From Candidatus Latescibacterota bacterium (lineage in GTDB: Bacteria; Latescibacterota; UBA2968; UBA8231), in NCBI GenBank assembly GCA_965204725.1, contig OZ242005.1, forward strand, positions 4,704,001 through 4,768,000: a stretch of DNA of 64,000 nt, given 5' to 3'. The notes under the pieces were generated by a model that did no database searches, was not told the DNA's origin, and was given only the letters and a program-made list of their open reading frames with translations. Positions within the stretch are counted from its first letter, which is position 1. Every line of letters starts with the position of its first letter. Positions 41,494 to 51,055 of the stretch are shown here, piece after piece. Both the position numbers and the translations under genes were made by a program.

Positions 41494-42059
41494 GTATCGA
41501 GTTCGATGTATCGCCGGTTTCCGGGACGCAAAAGTGCCCTCCTTGTCGAAAGCGCTGTCCCGAAAACCCCGTGGGAAAGCCCTTGCATACGCGGTCAATC
41601 GCCTGAGACGATTACATTGCGAATGCGAGGTGAGTTCCCGATTCGGCTGGACGTTTTAGCCAGCCGATGCACACAACCTGAAGAGTCGTGCGTATATTCT
41701 AAGGGTTGGGACGAACGCGCGACGCGCGGATGCTGTTCGTAGCCCTCATGTTTGGGACCTTATGGCCGCCCCCATCGGGGAGCTGGCTCCTGAGCGTACT
41801 ACACGAAGATTGACGTGCGAAGAGAATCATTCTTTGCGGCCCTCCTCTCCATGGTGATGTGCAATTTGCTTTGCACGATTTTTAACTGTCTCTTAGTTTC
41901 ACTTTTAAGGTGATATAGTGTCAAGGAAAAAATGCCTAAAATCATAAAAAAAAGAACTTTACGTCATTTTTTGAATATCTCTTAGTTAATCCGAATACTT
42001 ATAACAAAAACGCACCAAACGGTGCGCGATCCCCAACGATAACGATTAAGGAGACCATT

Positions 42060-42380
42060 ATGTATTCGATTGGCTTGGCCATGCGGCTGCGCCCCAATGC
42101 GTACGCCGAGTACAAACAGGCTCACGACGACCTGTGGCCCGAAATCGCCGAGAGCATGACCGACAACGAGGTCAGCATGGCCATCTACCGCTTGGGCGAA
42201 CATCTCGTCATCCACGCGGTCGCCCCCACGGAGGCAGACTGGCTCAAGAGCCGCCAAGTTCCCATCCTAGAAAAATGGTACGATTACATGGCTCAGTTGC
42301 TGGAGACCGACGACGAGGGGCAGATCCTCTTTGAGGAGTTACCCGAAGCCTTTGCCTTCGGGATGTTCGAGCAAGCGTAA
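42060..42380 (+). CDS. L-rhamnose mutarotase family protein
   Basis: EYKQAHDDLWPEI and KWYDYMA motifs; AAGGAG RBS. Confidence 0.8.
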   Translation: MYSIGLAMRLRPNAYAEYKQAHDDLWPEIAESMTDNEVSMAIYRLGEHLVIHAVAPTEADWLKSRQVPILEKWYDYMAQLLETDDEGQILFEELPEAFAFGMFEQA

Positions 42381-42383
42381 ACG

Positions 42384-43187
42384 CTAGTTGGCTTCCACCG
42401 GGTTTTGCAGTCGGCCGATCGAGTCTATTTCTACGATTACCTCATCGCCGGCTGCGAGCCACACGGGCGGTTTGCGCGCAAAACCCACGCCCTGCGGGGT
42501 GCCGGTGAGGATGACCGTGCCCGGCAGCAGGGTCGTATCTTGGCTGAGGAATTCGATCAGTTCGGCAACCGTGAAGATCATGTCGCCGGTGGTGTGGTCC
42601 TGCATGGTCGCACCATTGAGGATCGTGCGGATTCCGAGGGCCTGCGGGTCGGAGATTTCGTCGGCGGTGACCAGCACCGGCCCCAAAGGGCAGAAGGTGT
42701 CAAAGCCCTTGCCGCGGATCCATTGGCCGCCGCCGGCATGGAGCTGCCACTTGCGGGCCGAGACATCGTTGGCGCACGTATATCCGAGCACGTAGCTGAG
42801 GGCGTCGGCCCGCGCCACGTTGCGAGCGGCTTGGCCGATCACCACCGCGAGTTCGCACTCGTAGTCAACTTCCGGGCCGCGGCGGCAGCAGGCGGGCAGC
42901 CGGATTGCGTCGCCCGGGCCGCAGACCGCGCTCGTGGGCTTGGCAAAGACGACCGGCTGCTCGGGCGGCGCGAGGCCGGATTCGGCCGCGTGTTCTCGGT
43001 AGTTTAGCCCAATGCAGAAAATGTTGGTCGGGGCGAGCGGGGCGAGCCGCCTTTTGACGGCGACCTGTTCGCCAGTCGGCACGAGTTCCGCAAAGAGATC
43101 GCCAGCGAGCACAGAGGCTTGGCCCTCCTCGGCTTCAAGGCCCCAACGGACGGCGTCGTCAACGTCTATAAAGCGAATGATGCGCAT
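42384..43187 (-). CDS. Fumarylacetoacetate hydrolase family protein
   Basis: CIGLNYREH, DYECEL, NDVSAR, KGFDTFCPLGP and TGTPQGVG. Confidence 0.92.
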   Translation of the reverse strand: MRIIRFIDVDDAVRWGLEAEEGQASVLAGDLFAELVPTGEQVAVKRRLAPLAPTNIFCIGLNYREHAAESGLAPPEQPVVFAKPTSAVCGPGDAIRLPACCRRGPEVDYECELAVVIGQAARNVARADALSYVLGYTCANDVSARKWQLHAGGGQWIRGKGFDTFCPLGPVLVTADEISDPQALGIRTILNGATMQDHTTGDMIFTVAELIEFLSQDTTLLPGTVILTGTPQGVGFARKPPVWLAAGDEVIVEIDSIGRLQNPVEAN

Positions 43188-43322
43188 GTCTTTCTCCTTT
43201 GTTTTCCAGCACTTGGACAAACTTTAAGGCAAGGCTGATAGCCCGTCAAATAGCCTTGACGCTTGGAATGGGGCCGCCTATTTTCCCCATGCTAATAGCA
43301 AACCCAACCCGAGGAAAAGAGC

Positions 43323-44735
43323 GTGCCCCCAAACGTCAGCGAAGAACACGTCCGCAAAATAGTCGAAGAAGTGGTGCAGCGAGTCGTCAGCGGCCAGGAC
43401 GGCCGCGAGGGTGGGGACACCGGCGTCTTCGCGACGATCGACTCGGCAGTCCAAGGCGCGACCCGCGCCCAGCAGCAGTTGGTTGCCTTGTCGCTAGAGC
43501 AACGCAAAAAGATCGTCGAGGCCCTCCGGCATACAGCCCACGCCCACGCCGAGGAGTTTTCGCGACGCGCCCTAGCCGAGACGGGAATGGGGCGGCTCGA
43601 AGACAAAATCGTCAAGCACCAAGTCGCGGCCGACACAACGCCCGGCGTCGAGGACCTAGAGGCGGCTTCGTGGACCGGCGACCACGGGCTGACCGTAGTC
43701 GAAATGGCACCCTACGGGGTCATCGGCGCCGTCACCCCATCGACGCATCCCGTGCCGACGATGGTCAACAATGCCATTTGCATTGTCGCCGCGGGCAATT
43801 CGGTCGTCTTCAACGTCCATCCGGCGGGCAAAGAGGTCTCCATGTTTGCGGTGGGCTTGATCAATCAAGCCATCGTCGCGGCTGGAGGCCCGGCCAACTT
43901 GGTGACCGCGGTCCAAACGCCCACCCTTGAGACAGCCAACGAATTGTTCAACCACCCGGGGGTCCGCCTCCTGCTGGTCACCGGCGGCCCGGGGGTGGCC
44001 AAGGCCGCGCTGGGCAGCCCAAAAAAGGCCATCATCGCCGGCCCGGGCAACCCGCCCGTGGTCGTCGATGAAACGGCCGATTTGGCCAAGGCCGCACGCG
44101 ACATCATCGACGGGGGAGGCTTCGACAACAACATTCTCTGCATCGGCGAGAAGCAGGTCTTTGCCGTCGCTGCAATTGCCGACGAGCTCAAGCGGCTGAT
44201 GGTCCAGTACAATGCCTACGAGCTCGATGCGCGGCAGGTCGAGGCCCTCGCGCAGGCGGCCTTTGTCCAAGGGCCAGACGGGCAGCTCGCCGCCAACCGC
44301 GAGTTGGTGGGGCGCGACGCGGCCGTGCTGGCCGACCGCATCGGCCTCCGGCTCGATTCGTCGCTGCGCCTACTCATTGGCGAGACCGACGCCAATCACG
44401 TTTTCGTGCGCGAGGAGCAGATGATGCCCTTTCTGCCGATCGTGCGGGTCCCCAACATCGATCAAGCCATCCGCGAGGCCGTCATCTCCGAGCACGGCTA
44501 CGGGCACACGGCCGTGATCCATTCGCGCAACATCGAAAACATGCACAACATGGCCCGCGCCGTAGATACCACTATTTTCGTCAAGAATGGGCCTTCCTAC
44601 GCCGGGGTTGGCTTGGGCGGCGAGGGCTTTGGGACGTACTCCATCGCCGGGCCGACGGGCGAGGGCCTGACTTCGCCGCGCACCTTTACCCGCCAGCGCC
44701 GCTGCGCCCTCGTAGATTACTTCCGCATTACCTGA
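43323..44735 (+). CDS. CoA-acylating aldehyde dehydrogenase (EutE/PduP type) with an N-terminal encapsulation peptide
   Basis: ETGMG, PSTHP, TGGPGV, GPGNPP and catalytic FDNNILCIGEK; amphipathic VSEEHVRKIVEEVVQRV. Confidence 0.93.
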   Translation: MPPNVSEEHVRKIVEEVVQRVVSGQDGREGGDTGVFATIDSAVQGATRAQQQLVALSLEQRKKIVEALRHTAHAHAEEFSRRALAETGMGRLEDKIVKHQVAADTTPGVEDLEAASWTGDHGLTVVEMAPYGVIGAVTPSTHPVPTMVNNAICIVAAGNSVVFNVHPAGKEVSMFAVGLINQAIVAAGGPANLVTAVQTPTLETANELFNHPGVRLLLVTGGPGVAKAALGSPKKAIIAGPGNPPVVVDETADLAKAARDIIDGGGFDNNILCIGEKQVFAVAAIADELKRLMVQYNAYELDARQVEALAQAAFVQGPDGQLAANRELVGRDAAVLADRIGLRLDSSLRLLIGETDANHVFVREEQMMPFLPIVRVPNIDQAIREAVISEHGYGHTAVIHSRNIENMHNMARAVDTTIFVKNGPSYAGVGLGGEGFGTYSIAGPTGEGLTSPRTFTRQRRCALVDYFRIT

Positions 44736-45049
44736 TGCTCTTGGGCCAAGTCAAAGGGCACTTGGTTTCCACGGCCAAGGTCCCCAGCCTCAACGGCAAG
44801 AAGCTCTTAGTCGTCGAAATTGCGTCGGTGCGCGAGCACGGTCTGGTGCTGACGGGGCGGGATATGGTCTGCATCGACGCGGTACAAGCGGGCGAGGGCG
44901 AGTTGGTAATTTTAGTGCAGGGCAGCTCGTCGCGGGTCGCCCCGGACTTGGGTGATGTGCCAACCGACGCGGTCATCGTCGGCATCGTCGATTCGCTACA
45001 GGCCATGGGCCAGGACTTCGACTGTCGGGACCTGAGTCGCGAAGGGTAA
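44735..45049 (+). CDS. EutN/CcmL family BMC pentamer (BMC-P)
   Basis: VSTAK..LNGKKLLVV, DAVQAGEGE..GSSSR and DAVIVGIVD. Confidence 0.93.
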   Translation: MLLGQVKGHLVSTAKVPSLNGKKLLVVEIASVREHGLVLTGRDMVCIDAVQAGEGELVILVQGSSSRVAPDLGDVPTDAVIVGIVDSLQAMGQDFDCRDLSREG

Positions 45050-45052
45050 GCG

Positions 45053-45733
45053 ATGGACATTGCACCAGCGGCCGGATTGGACCGCAAGCAGATTGAGGCG
45101 TTGGTGCGCCGGGCGGTGTACGATCGCCTGCCCGACGCTCAGCTAGCGCAGGCACCTCCAGCCCCGAGGCTGGTCGTCAACATGTCCGCCCGCCACGTCC
45201 ACCTCAATCAAAAAGCCCTAAACGCGCTCTTCGGCGCGGGTGCCGAGTTGACCGTCCAGAAGGCCCTGTACCAAGAGGGTGCTTTTGCCGCCGAGCAGAC
45301 GGTATCGGTTTTCGGCCCGCGCAAGCAGGTGATTCCCAACGTCCGCATCCTCGGCCCCTTGCGCGATTACAACCAAGTGGAACTGGCTTTTACGGATGCT
45401 CGCTTTTTGGGCATTGACGCGCCAGTGCGGCTCAGCGGCCACATCGACGGGACGCCCGGCTGCTACTTGGTCGGGCCGGCCGGGGGGCTGACGCTCGAAC
45501 GCGGCGTGATTCGGGCCGCCCGCCACGTCCATCTAAACCCGGCCGAGGCCGCGTACTACGAGGTCGGCCCGGGGGACTTGCTGCGGCTGGTCGTAGAAAG
45601 CGAGCAGGGCGGAGTGCTCGAAGGGTTGATCTGCCGAGTCAGCGACCACGAGCACTTGGAGGTCCACATCGACACGGACGAGGGCAATGCGATTGATTTG
45701 ATGCACGCCCGCAAGGTATATTTGGAGCGTTGA
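45053..45733 (+). CDS. pduL: Phosphate propanoyltransferase PduL with an encapsulation peptide
   Basis: SARHVHL, VRILGP, ARHVHL and HIDTDEGNA; N-terminal LDRKQIEALVRRAVYDRL. Confidence 0.92.
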   Translation: MDIAPAAGLDRKQIEALVRRAVYDRLPDAQLAQAPPAPRLVVNMSARHVHLNQKALNALFGAGAELTVQKALYQEGAFAAEQTVSVFGPRKQVIPNVRILGPLRDYNQVELAFTDARFLGIDAPVRLSGHIDGTPGCYLVGPAGGLTLERGVIRAARHVHLNPAEAAYYEVGPGDLLRLVVESEQGGVLEGLICRVSDHEHLEVHIDTDEGNAIDLMHARKVYLER

Positions 45734-45770
45734 ACGCAAAAATCCGCACAATTACTTCAGGAGGTAAGGG

Positions 45771-46334
45771 ATGTCGGATGCAATAGGCATGGTAGAAACC
45801 GTGGGGCTGGTCGGGGTCGTCGAGGCCGGCGACGCCATGGCCAAGGCCGCCAGCGTCCAGCTTTTGGGCTGGGATAGAGTCGGCTCTGGTTTGGTGACAG
45901 TGTTTTGCGCAGGCGATGTGGCCGCCGTCAAGTCGGCCGTAGATGCCGGTTCAACCGCTGCGGCCAAGGTCGGGGAGGTGCATTCAGTACACGTGATTCC
46001 CCGTCCCCACAGCGAGTTGACGGCCGTCGTGCCCGAGCGCGGCGACAGCAGCGACGGCGATGGCCCTATCCGCGCCTTGGGCCTCATTGAGACGAAGGGC
46101 ACCATCGGCGTGGTCGAAGCAGCCGACGCCATGAGCAAGGCCGCCGATGTGGAGATCGTCAAGCTCCAAGACATCGGCGGCGGGTACATCACCGTCATCG
46201 TCAGCGGCGACGTCGGCTCGGTGCAGGCGTCGGTCAGCGCCGGTGCTGAATCGGCCGAGCGCGTGGGCGAGCTCGTATCGCAGCACGTGATTCCTCGCCC
46301 CCACGACGATCTCGTCGCGCTATACTTGGAATAG
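45771..46334 (+). CDS. Two-domain BMC shell protein
   Basis: Two canonical AIGMVET/ALGLIET...GDV..V...HVIPRPH domains. Confidence 0.92.
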   Translation: MSDAIGMVETVGLVGVVEAGDAMAKAASVQLLGWDRVGSGLVTVFCAGDVAAVKSAVDAGSTAAAKVGEVHSVHVIPRPHSELTAVVPERGDSSDGDGPIRALGLIETKGTIGVVEAADAMSKAADVEIVKLQDIGGGYITVIVSGDVGSVQASVSAGAESAERVGELVSQHVIPRPHDDLVALYLE

Positions 46335-46345
46335 AGGAGAGAACA

Positions 46346-46609
46346 ATGAAAGCATTGGGTATGGTCGAGACCCGCGGTTTGGTTTGCGTCGTCGAAGCCC
46401 TCGACGCCATGTTGAAGACCGCCGACGTCAGCTATGCGGGCCAGAAGCGCGTGGGCAGCGGCCTAATCACCGTACTGGTCGAAGGCGACGTGGCGGCCGT
46501 CAAAGCGGCCGTGGATGCGGGAGCGCAAGCCGCCCAGCGCATCGGCGAGTTGCGCAGCGTCCACGTGATTCCCCGCCCGACTGAAGGACTGACCGATCAC
46601 CTCGGTTAG
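46346..46609 (+). CDS. Single-domain BMC shell protein (BMC-H)
   Basis: [38 protein letters not shown]. Confidence 0.95.
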   Translation: MKALGMVETRGLVCVVEALDAMLKTADVSYAGQKRVGSGLITVLVEGDVAAVKAAVDAGAQAAQRIGELRSVHVIPRPTEGLTDHLG

Positions 46610-46625
46610 CTAGGGGATCGAGGCT

Positions 46626-47042
46626 TTGCACATCGACGTTCCGGTCGTCACCGGCGACTTACTCGGGCGCGAACACAAGGGCGAGCGGGTACTCAGCGTA
46701 TCCCCCAGCGCCATCCTGACGCCAACGGCTTGGGATTACATCCGCCAGCACCGGTTGCAGGTGCAGCGCGGCGAGCCGGTCGCGGACGCGGGTCGGTGCG
46801 AGCAGCCCGACCGCCCCTGCGGCTGCGAGCACGAGGAGTTTGGTTCGGGGTTCGTCGAGCCGGAACGTTGCGGTGATTGCGCGGTCCACCAGCGCAAGAA
46901 GGCGGGCGATCCCGAGGCGAGTTGCGCTGGCTGCAATCGCTACAAGACGCTTTTGCAACAAATCGACAAGGGCCAAGCCACCGCCCCAGAAGCCTTAGTC
47001 GAGCAGATCACCGAGCTAGTCATTCACCGGCTGGCAGACTAA
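46626..47042 (+). CDS. BMC-associated Cys-rich hypothetical protein with a C-terminal encapsulation-like peptide
   Basis: N-terminal AILTPTAWDYIR domain, seven Cys (C, CxC, CxxC, CxxC) and PEALVEQITELVIHRL. Confidence 0.7.
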   Translation: MHIDVPVVTGDLLGREHKGERVLSVSPSAILTPTAWDYIRQHRLQVQRGEPVADAGRCEQPDRPCGCEHEEFGSGFVEPERCGDCAVHQRKKAGDPEASCAGCNRYKTLLQQIDKGQATAPEALVEQITELVIHRLAD

Positions 47043-47045
47043 GCT

Positions 47046-47630
47046 ATGGCGGACGCCCCGGCAGTCGGCATGATCGAGGTGGAGGGCGTGGCCGCGGCCA
47101 TTATGGGCGCAGATGCGGCCTGCAAGGCGGCGGACGTGAAGCTCGCCGGTTGGGCGTCAATCGGCGGTTACACCACGGCCTTTTTCACCGGATCAATTAG
47201 CGATGTGGCCGCCGCGCTGCACAGCGGTGAAGAAGCCGCCCGAGCAATAATAGAACACGTGGTAGCCGTGCCCCTCCACCAACCCGCCGCTCCCTGCCAC
47301 CATTTTGTCGATTTTCCGGCCGAAGCCCAAGGCGACTTCCCGGCTGGGGCCTTGGGGTTGGTCGAAACGCGCGGCTACGGGGTCCACATCCACATCAACG
47401 ATCAGATGGTCAAGACAGCGGCCGTCGAGGTAATCAACGTGCTGACGGTCCACGACCGCGTGGTGTGTTCGCTGATATTGGGAGACATCGGGGCTGTCAC
47501 CGAAGCCATCGCCGTCGCGCAAAAGCTGCTCGCCGGCTGCGAGCACTTGCTGGGCACGGCCCTGATCCCGCAGCCGCGGCCAGAGGTCTTAGCCGTTTAT
47601 GCCGCGCCGATGGGAGCGGGCGGTGGCTAG
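47046..47630 (+). CDS. Divergent two-domain BMC shell protein
   Basis: Domains AVGMIEVEG..DAACKAADV and ALGLVETRG..DQMVKTAAV. Confidence 0.88.
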   Translation: MADAPAVGMIEVEGVAAAIMGADAACKAADVKLAGWASIGGYTTAFFTGSISDVAAALHSGEEAARAIIEHVVAVPLHQPAAPCHHFVDFPAEAQGDFPAGALGLVETRGYGVHIHINDQMVKTAAVEVINVLTVHDRVVCSLILGDIGAVTEAIAVAQKLLAGCEHLLGTALIPQPRPEVLAVYAAPMGAGGG

Positions 47631-48771
47631 CGGGGCAATCGGCGTGCTGGAGACGCGCGGCATGGCGTCGCTCATGGCTTCCACCGACGCCATGCTCAAG
47701 GCCGCGGACGTCCAACTCTGCGGTCGGCACGGCATTGGTTCGGGTTGGCTCACCGCCGTAATCGCCGGTCGAGTGGCGGATGTAGAGGCGGCCCTTGGCG
47801 TCGGCGAGGTCGAGGCAAACCGCACGGGCGAGCTGATCGGTGCCCAAGTGGTGCCGCGGCCGGAGGCAGGCGTCATGGACGCCATGCCCCACGCAACGGG
47901 CCTCGGCGCCGAACAGGTCCAGCCGCGGGCGATTGGCTTATTGGAAACGCAGGGCCTGACGCCGCTAGTGGCTGGTGCCGACGCCATGCTCAAGGCCGCC
48001 CAAGTGGAGCTGGGAGGTTGGGCCTTCATCGGCGGTGCTCTGTGCCACGCGCCGGTCTTTGGCGATGTGGCGGCCGTGCAAGCGGCACTAGCAGCCGGCC
48101 GCCAAGCAGCCGAGCGGATTGGCTCGGTGTACGCGACCCTCGTTTTACCCCAGCCCAGCGCGGGGCTAGGTCCTCTGGTGCCGACCGCGCCAGTGACCGA
48201 GCCGTGCTCCACCGGTGCCTTGGGCCTCATAGAGACCATTGGGTACGCCGTGGTCGTGGGCAGTGCCGACGCCATGCTCAAAGCCGCGGATGTCCAAATC
48301 GAGTGCTTGAGCATCGGCAGCGGTGGGCGGATTGCCGCGCTGGCCACCGGCCAGCTCGATGACGTGCAGGCCGCCGTGCGCGCCGGTGCCGAGGCCGCCA
48401 CAGCCTTGGGGCAGCTCGATGCCTCGGCCGTAGTCTCTGGGCCTGATCCCATGCTAGTCGCCCGCTTTGCCGCCGCGGCCGAAGGGCTTGAGCCGGGAGC
48501 GCGGCAGGCCATGGGGCTGATTGAGACGCGCAGCACCGTGGCCTTGGTGCGGGCTGTAGATCGGATGCTCAAGGCCGCGGCCATCGAATACGAGGGGGCC
48601 TATAAAGTGGGATACTACTTGACGGCCGCCGTCGTCCGCGGCGATGTCGGTGCCGTGCAAGTCGCCATAGAGGCCGGCCGGCAGGAGGCCGTCGCCCACG
48701 GAGAATTGGTCTCGGCCTACGCCATTCCGCAGCTCTACAGCGGTCTCGAAGGCCGCCTGCCGCACGTTTAG
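47623..48771 (+). CDS. Four-domain BMC shell protein
   Basis: Four tandem BMC repeats (AIGVLETRG, AIGLLETQG, ALGLIETIG, AMGLIETRS), each followed by D(A/R)MLKAA. Confidence 0.88.
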   Translation: MASGAIGVLETRGMASLMASTDAMLKAADVQLCGRHGIGSGWLTAVIAGRVADVEAALGVGEVEANRTGELIGAQVVPRPEAGVMDAMPHATGLGAEQVQPRAIGLLETQGLTPLVAGADAMLKAAQVELGGWAFIGGALCHAPVFGDVAAVQAALAAGRQAAERIGSVYATLVLPQPSAGLGPLVPTAPVTEPCSTGALGLIETIGYAVVVGSADAMLKAADVQIECLSIGSGGRIAALATGQLDDVQAAVRAGAEAATALGQLDASAVVSGPDPMLVARFAAAAEGLEPGARQAMGLIETRSTVALVRAVDRMLKAAAIEYEGAYKVGYYLTAAVVRGDVGAVQVAIEAGRQEAVAHGELVSAYAIPQLYSGLEGRLPHV

Positions 48772-48784
48772 CGAGGACGCGAAA

Positions 48785-49948
48785 ATGATTCGGATTGACG
48801 ACGCAGTGATTACCGCTCAGACCTTGGAGACCCGCCTAGCGGGCGAACGGCAGGTCGAGATCGGCCCCGGGGCTAAGCTGACGCCCTCGGCGCAGGATTT
48901 TTTGCGCGTCCAAGGCGTTGAGCTCGTCCGCCGCGAAGCCGGCCACCAAGCCCCGCCAACGCCAGCACCAGCGGTTCCTCGCGCGGCCGGCCGCAAGGCA
49001 TTTGCTGGCATCTTCTGTCCCAATGTCGTCCTTTTCGACAGCCAGAACGCGATCAACCACGCCGAGATGGAGCGCTACATCAACTGGTTGATTGAGGTTG
49101 GGATCCACGGGCTGTATCCCAACGGCAGCACGGGCGAATTCGCACGCCTGTCGCGCGAGGAACGCCAAGACGTGGTGCGCTTGGTCTGCGAGGTCAACAA
49201 GGGGCGTGTCCCGGTGCTGGCCGGCGCCAGCGAGGCCAACGTGCGCGACGTGCTCGAGATGGCCGAATACTACGCCGCGCTCGGCGTGGATGCCATTGCG
49301 GTGATGCCCCCCTATTACTACGAAATTTCCACCGAAAGCCTCTTCGAGTACTTCGCCGAAATTGCCGAAGAATCGCCGCTGGACATCCTGCTGTACAACA
49401 TCCCGCAATTTACCCAAGAGCTGTCGCTAAACTTGATGGAGCGGCTCTTGCCCTACGAGCGGATCTTCGGCACCAAGGACTCCAGCCGCGACCTGCCGCG
49501 GCTGCTCAACACCATGCACCGCCTGCGCCAACAACGATCCGACTACGTGGTAATGACCGGTTGCGAGGAGATCGTATTTCCCTCGGTGATGATGGGGGCC
49601 AGCGGGGGCACCATCGCCACTTCGGGCATCGTCCCGGAAGTCATCGTCGAGCTTTATGAAAAGGCTGTAAGCGGCGACATTGAGCGGGCCCGCGAGCTGC
49701 AATACCGCATCCTCGACCTAATTAACCTCATGCTCTTAGGCGTCAACTTCCCAGAGGGCTTCAAGACCGGGGTGGCGGCCCGCGGCTTCGACGTAGGCCC
49801 CGCACGCACATCGAGCAGCGCGGCCGAGCAGGAGTACCTGCTCAAACTGGAGGCCCAAATCAACTGTGTCCTCGCGGATATGGGCTATCCCGTCCACGGC
49901 CCCCGCGCCTGCCCGACCACCAACCTGCCGTCGATCGTCGGGCGCTAG
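48785..49948 (+). CDS. DapA/NAL-family class I aldolase with a BMC-type N-terminal extension
   Basis: GSTGE, LYNIP and Schiff-base GTKDSS; ~70-aa N-terminal extension (AKLTPSAQDFLR plus a Pro/Ala linker). Confidence 0.88.
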   Translation: MIRIDDAVITAQTLETRLAGERQVEIGPGAKLTPSAQDFLRVQGVELVRREAGHQAPPTPAPAVPRAAGRKAFAGIFCPNVVLFDSQNAINHAEMERYINWLIEVGIHGLYPNGSTGEFARLSREERQDVVRLVCEVNKGRVPVLAGASEANVRDVLEMAEYYAALGVDAIAVMPPYYYEISTESLFEYFAEIAEESPLDILLYNIPQFTQELSLNLMERLLPYERIFGTKDSSRDLPRLLNTMHRLRQQRSDYVVMTGCEEIVFPSVMMGASGGTIATSGIVPEVIVELYEKAVSGDIERARELQYRILDLINLMLLGVNFPEGFKTGVAARGFDVGPARTSSSAAEQEYLLKLEAQINCVLADMGYPVHGPRACPTTNLPSIVGR

Positions 49949-51022
49949 ATGGCCCTCACCGGCGCGTGTGTGTTGGTCGTCGGGGCCGGTATCATCGGCC
50001 GCTCAACAGCCTATTTCCTCGCGCAACAAAACGCGCAGGTCACCCTGCTCGACGAGGGAATCGCCGCTGGCTCGCCCACGAGCCGGGCCTCTTTGGGCGT
50101 CCTTACCCACTGCAACGGCGGCGACAATCCCTACGCCCAGCTTTTGCGCGACGGCCATGCCCTACACGCCCGGCTGGCCCGCGACCTCAACGAAGACCTA
50201 GGAGCAGACGTGGGCTGGCGTCCCCTCGGCGGCATCGAGCTTTTTGCCGACCCATCCCAGCTAGAAGCGGTGTGGCACTTCAACCGCGCCCGCGGCTGTC
50301 GGGTCGAGCGGCTCGACGCCCGGGCCTTGTGCGCTGCGGAGCCGGCGTTGGATGGCGACGAGGGCCTGTATTTTGCCGACGATCACCGGGTGGACCCCCT
50401 CAAACTGGGCGCAGTGCTTTGGGCGGCTGCCGCCCAGCGGGATGCGTCCGCCGCTTGGGGCGAGCGCGTCTGGCGCGTGGCCCAAGCGGGCGAAACCGTT
50501 GAGGTCGCGACCACTCGCGGAACGCATCGCGCCGATTTTGCGGTCTTGGCCGCTGGGGCGTGGACCAGCGGCTTGGCCGCCCAACTCGGAGCCCGAGTCG
50601 CGCTGCGCCCAGTGCGGGGCCAACAAGCGCGTTTTACTGGCGCCCCGCTGCGCCACCTCGTGCGGGTCAACGGACGCCACCTCATTCCAGACGGCGGCGA
50701 AACGGTCGTGGGCTCGACGGTGGAGGAGGTCGGCTTTCGGTTGGAAACGACCCGCGCGGCCGCAGGGCAGTTCGCCGCAGAGGTACGCTCTGCGCTGGGG
50801 CGGCCCTTGCCCTTGTCGCGCCAGCAAGCCGGCCTGCGGCCCAAGCCCCGGGGCGGGCGGCCGCTCATCGGCCCGCTGACGGATGCGCCGCGGGTTTTTG
50901 TCGCGGCTGGGCACTACAAAAACGGCGTCTTGCTAGGCCCGATTACGGGCCAAATCGTCGCTCGCTGGATCGCCGCGGGAACCCCGGGGCGCGACATGCG
51001 CCGCTTCGCACCCGAGCGTTGA
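49949..51022 (+). CDS. FAD-dependent oxidoreductase (glycine oxidase/D-amino acid oxidase family)
   Basis: VGAGIIG, LAAGAW, PVRGQ, AGLRP and GHYKNGVLLGP. Confidence 0.88.
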   Translation: MALTGACVLVVGAGIIGRSTAYFLAQQNAQVTLLDEGIAAGSPTSRASLGVLTHCNGGDNPYAQLLRDGHALHARLARDLNEDLGADVGWRPLGGIELFADPSQLEAVWHFNRARGCRVERLDARALCAAEPALDGDEGLYFADDHRVDPLKLGAVLWAAAAQRDASAAWGERVWRVAQAGETVEVATTRGTHRADFAVLAAGAWTSGLAAQLGARVALRPVRGQQARFTGAPLRHLVRVNGRHLIPDGGETVVGSTVEEVGFRLETTRAAAGQFAAEVRSALGRPLPLSRQQAGLRPKPRGGRPLIGPLTDAPRVFVAAGHYKNGVLLGPITGQIVARWIAAGTPGRDMRRFAPER

Positions 51023-51055
51023 ATTTATCACCACCTAACACCATTGAGGTTAAAC

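Noticed and set aside
41500-41560. c-di-GMP-I riboswitch suggested by GGGACGCAAAAG
   Set aside because: The upstream GGCAAACC/GNRA P2 arrangement is missing, and the motif is on the strand opposite the adjacent gene and terminators.
49949-51022. Calling the flavoprotein thiO and the aldolase at 48785 dapA
   Set aside because: Only family-level motifs are visible, and there is no thiamine or lysine pathway context.
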